A stretch of 63,510 bases of DNA, filler included, from Reticulomyxa filosa (lineage: Eukaryota; Protista; Foraminifera), in assembly GCA_000512085.1 (NCBI GenBank). It is 23 parts of 23 records of this genome, joined end to end, with 100 filler letters (N's around TTAATTAATTAA, not from the genome) between each part and the next. Parts side by side here need not be neighbours in the genome. Positions count along the whole stretch, not along the records: positions 1 to 3,924 come from ASPP01042460.1; positions 4,025 to 6,459 come from ASPP01048210.1; positions 6,560 to 7,878 come from ASPP01028954.1; positions 7,979 to 9,488 come from ASPP01044011.1; positions 9,589 to 12,402 come from ASPP01008606.1; 18 more parts are not named here. One strand, written 5' to 3'. Positions 1 to 11,656 of the stretch are shown here, piece by piece (position 1 is the stretch's first letter; every line of letters starts with the position of its first letter). Below the pieces are notes generated by a model. It was not told the DNA's origin. It saw only the letters and a list, made by a program, of their open reading frames with translations, and did no database searches. Made by a program: the position numbers and the translations under genes.

Positions 1-69
1 CAAACAAACAAACAAACAAACAAACAAATAAATAAATAGACAAATAAAGGAATAAATAATAAAATGAAC

Positions 70-3000
70 CTCGCGACGAGTGCGACCCATCACTGCGACC
101 GCGTTTGACATCAGCAGGAAGCGAGCTATGCAAAAGCGAGGACTTGTTGGAGGAGAGCGTTCGCGAGGATTGTTTTTGCTGTTGTTTGAAAAATTCTTGA
201 TGAATTTCGTGGAGTGTTTTGGCCTTGTCGGCTTTGTGGGGGTTGACCCATTGGTTGTTTTTAATTTCGCAAATGGCGTCAACGCGAAAACGAATCCTCG
301 GCTCCATATCTCTGGCCCACAAGTGCATTTTGTCCAGACATTCCTCGGCTTTTTTTTTGGCGCTGGGATTGTCTTCCAAAGTCACACAGCACTGTTCGAG
401 CAACGCGCACAGCGATTCAATATCCAACGGAAGAGGCGGCGAGTCTTTTTTGCCGAGATAATTGGGGATGACACCATCAAAGATGATATTTTCGCTAATC
501 AAGTCGCGATTGTACAATTCGCCCAGCACAGACATAAAGCCAAGCAATTTCTTTTTGCGAGCAATCTTTATATTGTTGACATCCTCTTTTTCCATCGATT
601 GGAATTCTTCCATTTCGTCAATGTTCTCCAACACTTGTGTCCTTTGTGATGCAAGTTTCGTCTGCAGAAACTCAATGCACATTCGACGAAACTCTTTTTG
701 TGCCAATCTGTTTAGTTTTTTCTCATCCGTTCCATCGCTCCCTCCTCGCGTTGTATTTATATCATTGGTCGTTTTCATCAATTTCAGCAATGGCTTCAAT
801 CGCGATTGATATAATTCCACACACAATTCCACGTATTGCTCCACAAACTTATTTTCGGTCGCGGCTTTATCCAAAATGCTCGACAACACCAAAGCATATT
901 GGTCTTGGTTCGTCACGTCGTCTTGCACCAGACTGATCATGCGTTTTGCCAACACATCAAATTTCTCGGGCGTGATTTTGTTTAAAATGCCTCGCACTTT
1001 TTTAATGAGTCTTTCGTCGGGTAGCAGTTGATGCTCCATTTTCACTTGGTAGCGATTGGTGTCTTTATCCTCTTGCAAGGCATGCGTTTGTAGGGGACGT
1101 ATGTTTTTCTTCCGATTTCCGGCCGGTCTCAATGTCATGCGAGTGTCCCCGCGTTTCTTTTCGTCCTCGTGTTCGTCGACGTTGTCTCCTTTTTCTCTTG
1201 CGCTAAAGGAGGCCAAGTCCAAGTCCTTGATGTAGATGTGGCTGGGTTGGTGAACAGATACGTACGCTGATGTCCATTCGTCGCCGCCTAATAACTCGCT
1301 CTTTGGTTCATCGCTGAAACGCAATTGCAAGTTCAACAGTCTCTCCAAGGAATGCATGATTGGGTTCCCACGGCTGTAGTGATACGCGAGACCGGAGATC
1401 TCGTCGCGTTCCAACTCCAACTCACCGCCATTTTCGTTGCTTTCAAAATACTCGAATTCTTTTCCACCCCATTTCGATTGGTCTTTGCTTTCGTTGTCAA
1501 TGTCATCTGCATTGTTATTGTTATTGTTATTGTTATTGTTATTGTTATTGTTATTGTTATTGTCATTGCTGTTGTCGTCATATCTATTGTTATTATTGCC
1601 ATTGTGGTCTTCATCTTCGCCAGAGAGTTCGCCCGCTTTGATAGGACCGCCGTCTTGTGTGTGCTTTGGGTCCATTGATACAGAGTCGTTGTTCGAGTCT
1701 ATACTCCGTTGCTGCTCTAGGTCGATCGTTGATTGCACGGCGCCGAAATGACTGTCTTCGATCACCATCTCTTCCACTCCCCCTTCGCCGCTCAGAATCT
1801 CCTCTTTCTCAAATCCTATGGAAATCCTCATCCCCGTTCCCATTCCCATTCCCATTCCCGGCTGCGTGTCTCTTTCTCTCGGTGATAGTTCCGGAGATGG
1901 CCGATGCGAGTCAAACTCCGTGTACTCTTGATATTGTGGCGCTTTATTTGTCTCCTATCAACAAACATCCAAACATTTTTTTTATTTTTTAAATTTGAAA
2001 TTTAAAAATTATATCAAATGAAGAATGAAATATACATCGAAATAGCCGGGGTCTTGATCATTCTTTTCTACAGGTTTTCGTGGTTTTAAGCTGAAATTCT
2101 CGACGTGAAATGACTCATCATCCGTCTAATTTTATTGTTATTGTTAATGTCACTGGATGAATGGATTTGGTTTATATCCCTTCTCCTTCAAATTTATATA
2201 TACATATATGTATATATAATAAAAAAGAAAAAAATACCCAAGGTTGGTCTTCTTCTTGCACGGGCTCCAAAGCAGGGGGCTTGAGAAATTTGGATTTATT
2301 GGAAGGACTAGAAGCACCAGTGGAAGCGGGTTTGGTAAAGGTTTCCGTGGGTTTGAATTCTGTGGCGTCTGGATTCAACTGAAAAGTGTCTACGGATTGG
2401 TCGTTCTTTATCTTTTTGGACAAGGGGGACGAGTGCGGCAAGCTATCGGATTTGTAATTGAAGTCGTGCACGTACGATTCTTGAGCTCTCGACCAGGCAT
2501 GTTGGCGAGAGGAGTTTAATGTGGAGTTGCCTCGTCCAAACGAACTGCCTTGGGCAGGTGCGGGTTGTCTGTGCTCCTCTTCCATCGTTTTTGGAGTCCC
2601 TCGTTCTGTTGCGACTATACTCGGCGTTTGACCTGATGAAAAATCCGACGGTTCATAAGGAGGGGCATTTCGCAATTCATTGAAATCCAAGCCACTATCG
2701 GGTGAAGTTGGATCCTGCTTTATTTATTCATTTATATATTTATTTTGTTGTGTTGACAATGTGAAAAAAAAAAAAAATGAATAAAATGAAGGAGCATACT
2801 TTATCCCCCGACGAAGAAGCGATAGCAGGATTTAACTCGGTTTGCACTGTTTGAGTTCCAACTGTGTGATCCCACATACACACATACACACACACACACA
2901 CACACACAATAGAGACAGAGCGAACAAAGAATAAAGAATAAATGCAATAACTTTCTCCTTCTCCGGAAGTGGTGGTGGTATGATGTCCATTACCAGCGGT

Positions 3001-3924
3001 GGCGTCAGTGATTGCTTGCCCTGGCAAAGTGAGTCTGGAGTTGGCCAAGTCCTCTCGAATAGCATTCTCCAAGACAGTGCAAGCGTTTTGGAGTTGGGCG
3101 TGTGCAACAGTGTGCTGAGTCCAAACCCCTTCCAAAATTTTAACCTGTTGTTGCAAGCGTTGCAACTGCTCTTGGTGTTGTGCATACTGGGATTGTATGT
3201 TGGGATCCAAGTTCACGTTTGGATTGATTTGAAACAGTCTTTGCACTTCGTTGTGTTGGTTGATTTGGTTGGCCAAATGTTGATGGATCACATGAAGTTC
3301 CTGCAATCTCCGTTCCATTTGCATTTTCTCTTCCTGCACGCGTGCATACTGTTGCTGTCGCTCTTGCAGTTGCATTTGGAGTTGTTGCAGCGCCGCCGCC
3401 GCATTGTTTGTGTTCCTTACGCTATCGATCGTTTCCGTTTCGTTCGTTTGTATTTGCATTTGCCCTTCTTCACTTCCATTGCCATGACTGCCGATCACCA
3501 CGCCATTGCCGTTGTTGTTGCTTGTCGTCGACGTCGTTGTTGTCGTTGTTGTTGTCGTCATTGTTGTCATGTTGTTTGCATTGCCCATCATCACATTGGA
3601 CTGGGGTTGTCCGTTGGCCAATTGTGTGGCTGCAATGCCAACTTTGTTGGGGCCAATGATATTGGGCTGCACTACAAATCCTGTCGTGGTCGTGCCTGAC
3701 GTGTTATTCACATTGCCGCCGGACATCGATTGGGGATATATCGGCTGCAACTGCACCGAAGTGGAGGCGACTGTCAATGGGGCCACCATTGGTTGTGATG
3801 TGGGTTGTTTCGGTGTCATTGGCGATGACGTGCTTTCTAACGATCGTTGTTGTTGCAACTGTTGTTGTTGGAGATGTAGTTGTTGCTGTTGTTGTTGCTG
3901 TTGCTGTTGTTGTTGTTGTTGTTG
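70..3924 (-). CDS. eIF4G-like MIF4G-domain translation factor, multi-exon, partial at both ends
   Basis: A minus-strand exon at about 1955-70 is absent from the ORF track because it has no stop before the window edge. It reads LIKKVRGILNKITPEKFD...ILDKAATENKFVEQYVELC...EFRRMCIEFLQ...KKLLGFMSVLGELYNRDLI...DIESLCALL...PRIRFRVDAICEIKNNQW, the MIF4G signature. Upstream exons are Gln-rich/coiled-coil (about 3924-2960) and PAM2-containing (about 2717-2241). Exon limits are approximate. Confidence 0.88.
1511..1564. repeat. (ATTGTT)n microsatellite encoding poly-Asn on the minus strand
   Basis: Seen directly, in frame with the eIF4G-like exon. Confidence 0.9.
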
Positions 3925-4024
3925 NNNNNNNNNNNNNNNNNNNNNNNNNNNNNNNNNNNNNNNNNNNNTTAATTAATTAANNNNNNNNNNNNNNNNNNNN
4001 NNNNNNNNNNNNNNNNNNNNNNNN
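3925..4024. other. Artificial contig linker N44-TTAATTAATTAA-N44 (first of 22)
   Basis: Identical 100-bp blocks start at 3925, 6460, 7879, 9489, 12403, 14715, 17002, 19002, 20147, 27840, 31568, 34377, 35545, 37869, 43619, 45023, 46188, 50801, 54085, 56616, 59806 and 62322. The core gives stops in all six frames. Confidence 0.98.
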
Positions 4025-4090
4025 TTTTTTTAAAAATTAAATCGGGGTTATTCAAAACCCCGAAACCCGTCCAGCGAAAAAAAAAAAAAA

Positions 4091-6261
4091 GTTATGATTT
4101 ATTATTATTATGATATTATTGTTGACGATAGGGTTTTTATTATCTACAGAACATGGACTCCAAACCCTCGTTGGCGCACAACGGGTCCCCAAACGTACCT
4201 ACGGAAGAAAAAGTTTGGCTTTGTTATTTTATTATCATAGATTATTTTTAAAACGGAGCCTTCATTATTCTATAGAACAAGGCCTCCGTACAACAACCAC
4301 CGCACAAAGCAAACATGGGTTCTCAAAGTCCCACAAACAAAAAAGTTTGCTTTATTATTTTTATTATCTATCATTAATAATATTATTATTACTATAACCA
4401 CAGTGGGGTTTTTATCATTTTATAGATCATGGCCTCCAAACCCCCATTGAAAGCAACAGCGGGTCACCATACCTGCCAACACAAAAGTTGCGCTTTATTA
4501 TTGATATTATCATACATTATTATTAACACGAAGTTTTTATTATTTTATAGACCAAGGCCTCGGGACACACCAGCAACCAACACGGGTTCCCGGAACGCGC
4601 CAAAAAAAAAAGTTTTGCTTTGTTGTCTTTATTTTTTATTAATTATAGCAGCGGAGTTTGGTTAAATTATAGAATCTGGCATTGGAAACACCATTGCCAA
4701 GCAACGACGTGTTCCCAACACGTTTCCACCAACAAACAAGTTTTGCTTTGTTATCATTTTTTTTATACCATTATTATAGCGGGGTTTTGATTATTTTATA
4801 CAGCAACGGCCGAACTCCACTCCGCACCCAATCAAAATGGGATCACACAAGTGCCCAAACAAAAAAAAAAAGTTTTGCTTTGTTGTTATTGTTTATTATA
4901 ATAATAATTATATGGGGTTTTATTATATATAGAATACCGGCCTAGGAACCTCGTTGCAAGCAACAGCGTGTTCCCAACACGTCCACACCAAAAAAAAGTT
5001 TTGCTTTGTTATTATTTTTTTTTATAACATCATTACCAATTATTATAGCGGGGTTGTGATTGTTTTATACAGCAACGGCCTCCGAGCTCTCCATCCCATC
5101 CCCCCAGACAATGGGCTCGCATACATGCCCATCCAAAAAAAAGTTTCGCTTTATTATTATTACCATTATAATGTATGATTGTCCCAACAGAGGTTTTATT
5201 ATTATAGATTATGGCATCCGAGCACGTGCGTGCAAGCAACTACGGGTTCCCAAAATGTGCCCGCAAAAAAAAAGTTTGCTTTATTGTTGTTATTTATTAT
5301 TATTATGATGACCATAAATATAGAAGAGTTTTGATCTATTACAGAACGCTGGTCTCGCACCCTCATTGCAAGCATCCACGTGTTCTCAATACATGCCACC
5401 ATCCAAAAGTTTTGCTTTATTATTTTTTTATACTATAATTACTAACTATTATAGCGGGATTGTGATTGTTTTATAGACCACGGCATCCGAGCTCTTCCCA
5501 ACGCATTCGAGCAACGATGGGTTCGCACACATGCCCATTCAAAAAAAAAGTTTCGCTTTATTATTATTACCATTAATAAAACATATGTTGTGACAATAAC
5601 ACATTATATTTTATAGATTGTAGCATCCGAGCACATGCGTGCAAGTAACGATGGGTTCCCAGAATATGCCAGCAAAAAAAAAGTTTGCTTTATTGTTGTT
5701 ATTTATTATTATGATGATAATCATAACTATAGCGGGGTTTTAATGTATTACAGAACGTTGGCATCATAACCCTAATTGCGAGCACACACGTGCTCACAAT
5801 ACATGCCACTCCATCCCAAAAGTTTTGCTTTGTTATTGTTTTATTATGAGTATTATTATTATTGTGGTGGTATTTTTATTGTTTTATAGACCATGGCCTC
5901 CAAACTCCACCTTCCAAGCGCAATGGGTCCACACAAGTGCCCAAACAAAAAAAGTTTTGCTATGTTGTTGTTATTTATTATAATGATAATTATATCGAGG
6001 TTTTGTTGTATTGTAGAATAATGGCACCAACGTGTTCACAACACGTTCAATCACAAAAAAGTTTTGCTTTGTTATTATTTATATTATTCTACTCAATAAT
6101 TATTATAGGGGGTTTATTGTATTATATAGTGACGGCCTCCGAACACGTTTCCGTAATGACTACGGATTAACAACACGTGTTCTAATAAAAAAAGTTAGGT
6201 TGTTTTTTGTTGATTGGAAAAAAAATTTATATAAATAAACAAATAATATTTAATTAAACAG
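4091..6261 (+). repeat. Diverged tandem array of 16 units of about 130 bp, each an AT-rich GT...AG intron-like spacer plus a GC-richer exon-like cassette
   Basis: Recurring consensus AAAA|GTTTTGCTTT-(TAT-rich)-GCGGGGTTTT-TTATAG|AnnAYGGCmTCC...GCAA...GGGTTCCC...GCC-A(n). Cassettes: 4150-4212, 4276-4344, 4426-4486, 4551-4611, 4673-4739, 4804-4871, 4933-4997, 5073-5142, 5208-5273, 5345-5408, 5477-5549, 5617-5682, 5754-5821, 5890-5953, 6017-6060, 6130-6193. Confidence 0.92.
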
Positions 6262-9209
6262 ATACCAAGGTGGACGAAAAGGATGTGGCATACATAATAA
6301 AAAAATTTGTGCACCATAATGCTGCAAACAAAGGGGCGCAGTGGAAACACAACAATACTACACACACTACCCAAACCACCATACACAAGTCATAACACCC
6401 CCACCCCAGACATGATACTGCCACACCACATCCATACTAACCCCAAACAACAAACATGTNNNNNNNNNNNNNNNNNNNNNNNNNNNNNNNNNNNNNNNNN
6501 NNNTTAATTAATTAANNNNNNNNNNNNNNNNNNNNNNNNNNNNNNNNNNNNNNNNNNNNTTTTTTTAGTTTACAATTATAATTACTGTTGTTTGATTTTG
6601 AGTGACTACTTTTTTTGATTGTGCATTTGTTGTCGATTGTTTTGATTTAATCAACCTTCATTTGTTGAGTGTCCATGATCACCCTTATTGTTGTGTGCTT
6701 ATTTTAATTACTAATATCTCTTTTTGTAAAGAGCACTTTTTCATAATCAATGTTTTTAATAATACTTTTTTATCGCGTGCCAAGAAATTCCTGTTAGTCG
6801 CGTGTCAAAGACTTGCTGCTGATCGCATATGAAAAACTTGCTGTTTTATTGCTTGTGAAGAACTTTCTATTTTTGTGCGAAGAAGTTGTGTTTGTTATCA
6901 GTCCCCTTTTTTTTGTCGTGTGTTGAGCTTTTGTCATTCTTTTTTATCATTTTCTGATCAAATGTCTATCTTTTTTGTTGGAAAGTGCTCTTTACTTTTA
7001 ATCAAATCAATTGAGAATATTTGAAAAAAGACAACTGGATAGTCTACATATATCTATCTTTATCAAATGCATATACTCTAATTGCGAAGCAGTAGAAATT
7101 TGTGTACCATTGAATAAGTGCGTTCTTGATAATTGGATTTCAAACCTTTTCAATCTGAAATGAGATTGTCTTATGTAAAATGATTCGGACGTAACGTTTG
7201 GTTCAAAAAGAGAGACGTCCTAGTTTTCTCTTATCCTAGACACAAGGAGAGAATCGAGTTGTAACTTTAAAAATAGTTCAGAGATAAGCATGCAGCACTC
7301 TTTTCCATTCGAAGGATAAGTTTTTTTTTGCACACTAAAAAAGAAAAAGGAACACGTATTTACACATAAAAAATCTGTACTGTTCTGATCACAAATATCA
7401 TACAGAATTAATATCAACAAATCAAAATTCAGTCAAATATATCACATTTGTGAGGTGTGAATCAAAGGAATTAAGAATCATAAGACTTATTTTGACAGTA
7501 TAAAATGCTGTTATGAAAAAAATGTCTTATATTTGTTGATTTCTTCATTTTGAGAAAGGATAAAGAGTACAAAAGTTTATTTGTTGAACGGGCTTGTCAC
7601 AAAAATACAAAACCAAGTTAAATAATAAAAGAATAGACAAAAAATATGCATATAAACGTATTGTTATGTCGTTTTCACGAACTGAAAATTGTAATTTATT
7701 TGTCAGTGTACATTATTCAAATTTGAAAGGGATAATGATAGAATAAAAATTAGTTTTCCATTAGATATCTAAACCTGTTATTACCTTAAGAATCTTTACT
7801 AAAAAATATTTTGTATATATTGATGTAGGAGATCTACAGTATATTGCAAAGAAAACTGAACGCATAAAACGATATCTTNNNNNNNNNNNNNNNNNNNNNN
7901 NNNNNNNNNNNNNNNNNNNNNNTTAATTAATTAANNNNNNNNNNNNNNNNNNNNNNNNNNNNNNNNNNNNNNNNNNNNTTCATGAAGAAAATCAATCATC
8001 TCTATAAGGTGCCATTTTAGGTGTCAACTTTACTTTGCATTCTACTGTATAATTATATCAAGTGATGTAAAAGCATACTGTAAAATATGATATCTGGAAG
8101 AATATATTTGCTTTGTATAATTTCGATAATACAATTAATTGAATTTAGGACAATTTAATTTTTTTGTTTTGATATTCATCCAATTTAATTGACAATAAGA
8201 ACACAATAAACGAGGTTTCAGATTGGCCTCTTATTCAATACTCTCTGTCTAAGATAAGTCGTAATAATCAAGAAATTGGAATTATTCTAAACAAAAAAAC
8301 TTTATATCCAGTTTTTCATGTTTTCGAAAAGAAAAATTGATTAAAATTATTCTCAACAAGATGCACATTTAAAATATTTGAAAGTCGATGTAGTGTTGTA
8401 CGCAATTCATAATTTGCTCATTATGTCATTGTGGAAACAAATCAAGATTGAACACAAATATTTCTTCATAGCTCGACAGCTTTCAATATATTTTTAAAAA
8501 TAAACTACTAATTTGCTCTTTATTTGTAAAAAAAAACTTTCCAATTATTCAATGAATAATTTTGACAACTATGAGTTATTTCAATAGATAAAAATATTTT
8601 TGTTAATGTGGTCATTTCTGAGACGTATTAATATATATTTATTTAAAAATAAAAGAATTGAATGTGCTATGTTAAATGAATTTTGTAGTTTATCACGTCA
8701 AAATTGAATATCAATCTTTGAACTCAATTTTGAATAATTATTTGATATAATAAATATGTTCATGAAATGTCAAATGAAAACTTATCAACTCTGTTGTCAT
8801 GATCAAAATGCATTTTTTCATTATGTAATTATAGAATTTTCGTTTCTTTAAATGCTTTAGACTAAGTTGAATATTATATTGTTAAATAACTTAACATATT
8901 TATCAAAGTCACAAATTTGTCCCCTTTTAATAATATTCTTACATTGTTCCATCTACAATGATTCACAATTGGTTTGAGTAAATTTTTATAAAGGATCAAT
9001 ATAATTCATCTCAAATTACATTTATTGATTAAAAAAACTGTACTTACTTTGTAGTTTGCCTTTCAATGGTAATAACAATGTTTCAAATTTTTTAATAATA
9101 TTCTGCGTTCTTCGAAGCAGAAAAGATTTATATCATGAATTACTACAAGATAATCGTGATCGATTCTGACCAAAAAAAACTTAATACTTGAAATATCTTG
9201 CAACTTATT

Positions 9210-9455
9210 TTGATAATGACATGATGAAAATTTCACACGATACGCATTATCTGAATACCCATTGAATGATTGAATTTGTTTGTTATTATCAACATCCCAT
9301 ACACGAACTGTTTGATCATCTGATCCAGAATAAATGAATTGACAATCATCAAATGTTGAACAATTAATACTACAGACTCAATCAATATGTCCAATGAATG
9401 TATTGAGTAATTTAGATGATGATCGAAATGTGTCAAACATGAAGGCAGTAGATAC
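9210..9455 (-). pseudogene. WD40-repeat family pseudogene fragment
   Basis: After an acceptor ...CATAG it reads VSTAFMFDTFRSSSKLLNTFIGHID*VCSINCSTFDDCQFIYSGSDDQTVRVWDVDNNKQIQSFNGYS. There is an in-frame TGA at 9378-9380, and similarity is lost soon after. Confidence 0.85.
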
Positions 9456-9854
9456 CTATGTTAAATAAACATTTTCATATTTGATTGANNNNNNNNNNNN
9501 NNNNNNNNNNNNNNNNNNNNNNNNNNNNNNNNTTAATTAATTAANNNNNNNNNNNNNNNNNNNNNNNNNNNNNNNNNNNNNNNNNNNNCTAACATTATAG
9601 TACTTTGCAATTATGCTTTGCATGCATTCCTTTACAAGAAAAAAGCATTCACTCAAGCAATTCCATTAAGTGAGTTCTCTTGAGTGCTGGTTCAATTTGC
9701 CGCATATGATAGGAAATGCATCACGTTTTATTTTCTATCAGCTACTTGTTGTGGAATTTGTCTTTGATTTTTCGAAAGCCGTGAGAAAAAAAAAAAAAAA
9801 AACAAAGTAGAAAAAAAAGGCCAACAACTTGGAACATTATGTATAAAGGAAGCT

Positions 9855-11080
9855 TCAAAAAGCACGATTAGCACGTGTTTCGGATTTACGCTCGAACAAG
9901 TTCATAAAATAAATCTCACAAAAAAGGAAGCGACAAGGATAGCAACAGCAGCGATAGTATCGCTTGTGGTGGTTGAACGACAAGACCAAGCAAGTGCTAC
10001 TTATGCAAACTTCCAACGAGTAAGACAACGTGGCAATGTAATAGCTCCACCATATGAAGCATAGTGCCGTAAAGGCAATACTGACAATCATCAAAATGAC
10101 CAATTTGAAAATGAGATATACCAACACCAGCATTTTTTGTTGAGTGGAGAATGTCTGCTTTCGCATGGAAAGGACGAGACTGGAGTCCTCTTTCTGTTTA
10201 TTGACAAGGACGTCCTTTTTGTTTTTGTTGGGACTGTTTGTGAAAAAAGATAAAAAGTGGAGTGAATTGGTATTCGTCGCAGAGTGATTGCTATCCTCGT
10301 CCATATTGCATGTGGGTGACAACGTGGTATATGTCGGAACTCCGCGCGTCAAAGGCGTACTGGACGGCATGCTCGACAGCATCGAGGACTCTGCAGCTGC
10401 CTGCGTGTGTTCGTTCACTTTTATCAGCAGCTGAATGGTCTTGCTCAACTTGTGCGCAAACCAACCCGTCAAAATGCATCCCCAACAGATGTCCTGCGCA
10501 GCTGCGATGAGAATGGGGATCTTTGCGTGTCTGGTCACCACACAGTCGGTTCGGACAAATAACATGTACAGATATGCTGTGGCCATCAGCACTATCGTTG
10601 TGCACGCGAACAAAGACAGACTACAGAGACTGAAAAGCCTCACTCTCAAGTTTGTTCGGCGAAAGGATTGGTAAAATCGCTGCGAAAAAAATACATATAA
10701 TGACAATCGTCCGCAAACGAGAGGAATTACTGTCCATTGCTTCGCGTAACAATTGACCTGCAAATTTAGCAGAGGAAATATCGCATACACCAAACACTGC
10801 CCGCCTACAAATATCCAGTTGCACGTTAGACAGCTCAAAAATGTTAAGCCTGACAAAACATCATCTCCCCCTGAAGAATTGCTTCGAGGGTTGTTTTTTG
10901 ACAGTGCGCACTTCGATGGCACAATACGAATATAATCAGCATTGTCATAAAGAAAAAGGTCACTGGCAAACCCGTAATGCAAATTGCTGCTTCATACTTC
11001 GCGGTATAGCCATAATCTCTCCAATCCTTATCATTTAAAAAATTAAACCAATTAGAAGCAAACAAGGCCAGAGGTATCAT
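9855..11080 (-). CDS. 7TM GPCR-like membrane protein with one frameshift near 10895
   Basis: TM1 lies in ORF 10844-11080 (ICITGLPVTFFFMTMLIIFVL) and TM2-7 in ORF 9855-10982. Other features: Cys before TM3 and in loop 2, a long Ser/Thr-rich third intracellular loop, and an HKRYYRCCCYPC tail. Confidence 0.65.
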
Positions 11081-11656
11081 CGAACTTTCAATCTAATCAA
11101 TTTTTTTAAGTAGCACTTCCTAAAGCTCAGCAAAAAGAAACGTTGTACGGTTTTGGGTTACACAACTAGACGATCAATAACAAATATTAACATGTTTTCC
11201 AATTTGATAACAAGATTGACATAAACAATAGGCAATATGAAGATGGCCAATTTAAATACCGAAACATAATTCTATTTTTAAATATTAGCACACATTTTTT
11301 CAACTTTCATTGTGTATTTTTTTCTTATTGTTTTTTATTCCACATTACTTATCTTTAAAACTATTATTTGTTAAAAGTTTAAAATTACTTGCGCTATAGT
11401 GGTTTCAATATTTTAATGATTGAATTTATATTTTGTTCTTTAAATACTTTGAGTTATTTTTGACTTTTGTTTACATAAACCATCTAATATGTTGATTGAC
11501 CAGCACAAAAAAAAATGAATATATTATAATATTCAAAAGATATTATATACGAAAAAAACAAACAATATTTATTATCTGAAACGGCAATAAAACCTACACA
11601 CTGGCAACTACTTGTACAAGGAGCGTTCAAATAAAACAATAAAAAATTTGTAGATC

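Noticed and set aside
80-1992. Plus-strand ORFs 80-649, 462-809, 1325-1678 and others
   Set aside because: Antisense shadows of the minus-strand eIF4G-like exon and its poly-Asn repeat.
4150-5953. tRNA gene array or tRNA-derived SINEs (GGGTTC, CTCCAAA, CTTCCAAGC motifs)
   Set aside because: No cloverleaf and no proper GGTTCGANNCC B-box could be built by eye; tRNAscan-SE would settle it.
4091-6261. CRISPR array
   Set aside because: The repeats are highly degenerate, the variable parts are homologous to each other, no cas genes are present and the context is eukaryotic.
4091-6261. Spliced-leader RNA gene array
   Set aside because: SL arrays have near-identical exons and no acceptor directly upstream. 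These cassettes are divergent and each is preceded by YAG.
9378-9380. Genome-wide TGA reassignment
   Set aside because: This TGA is in a truncated pseudogene, the 7TM gene ends with TGA, and conserved Trp positions in intact genes use TGG.
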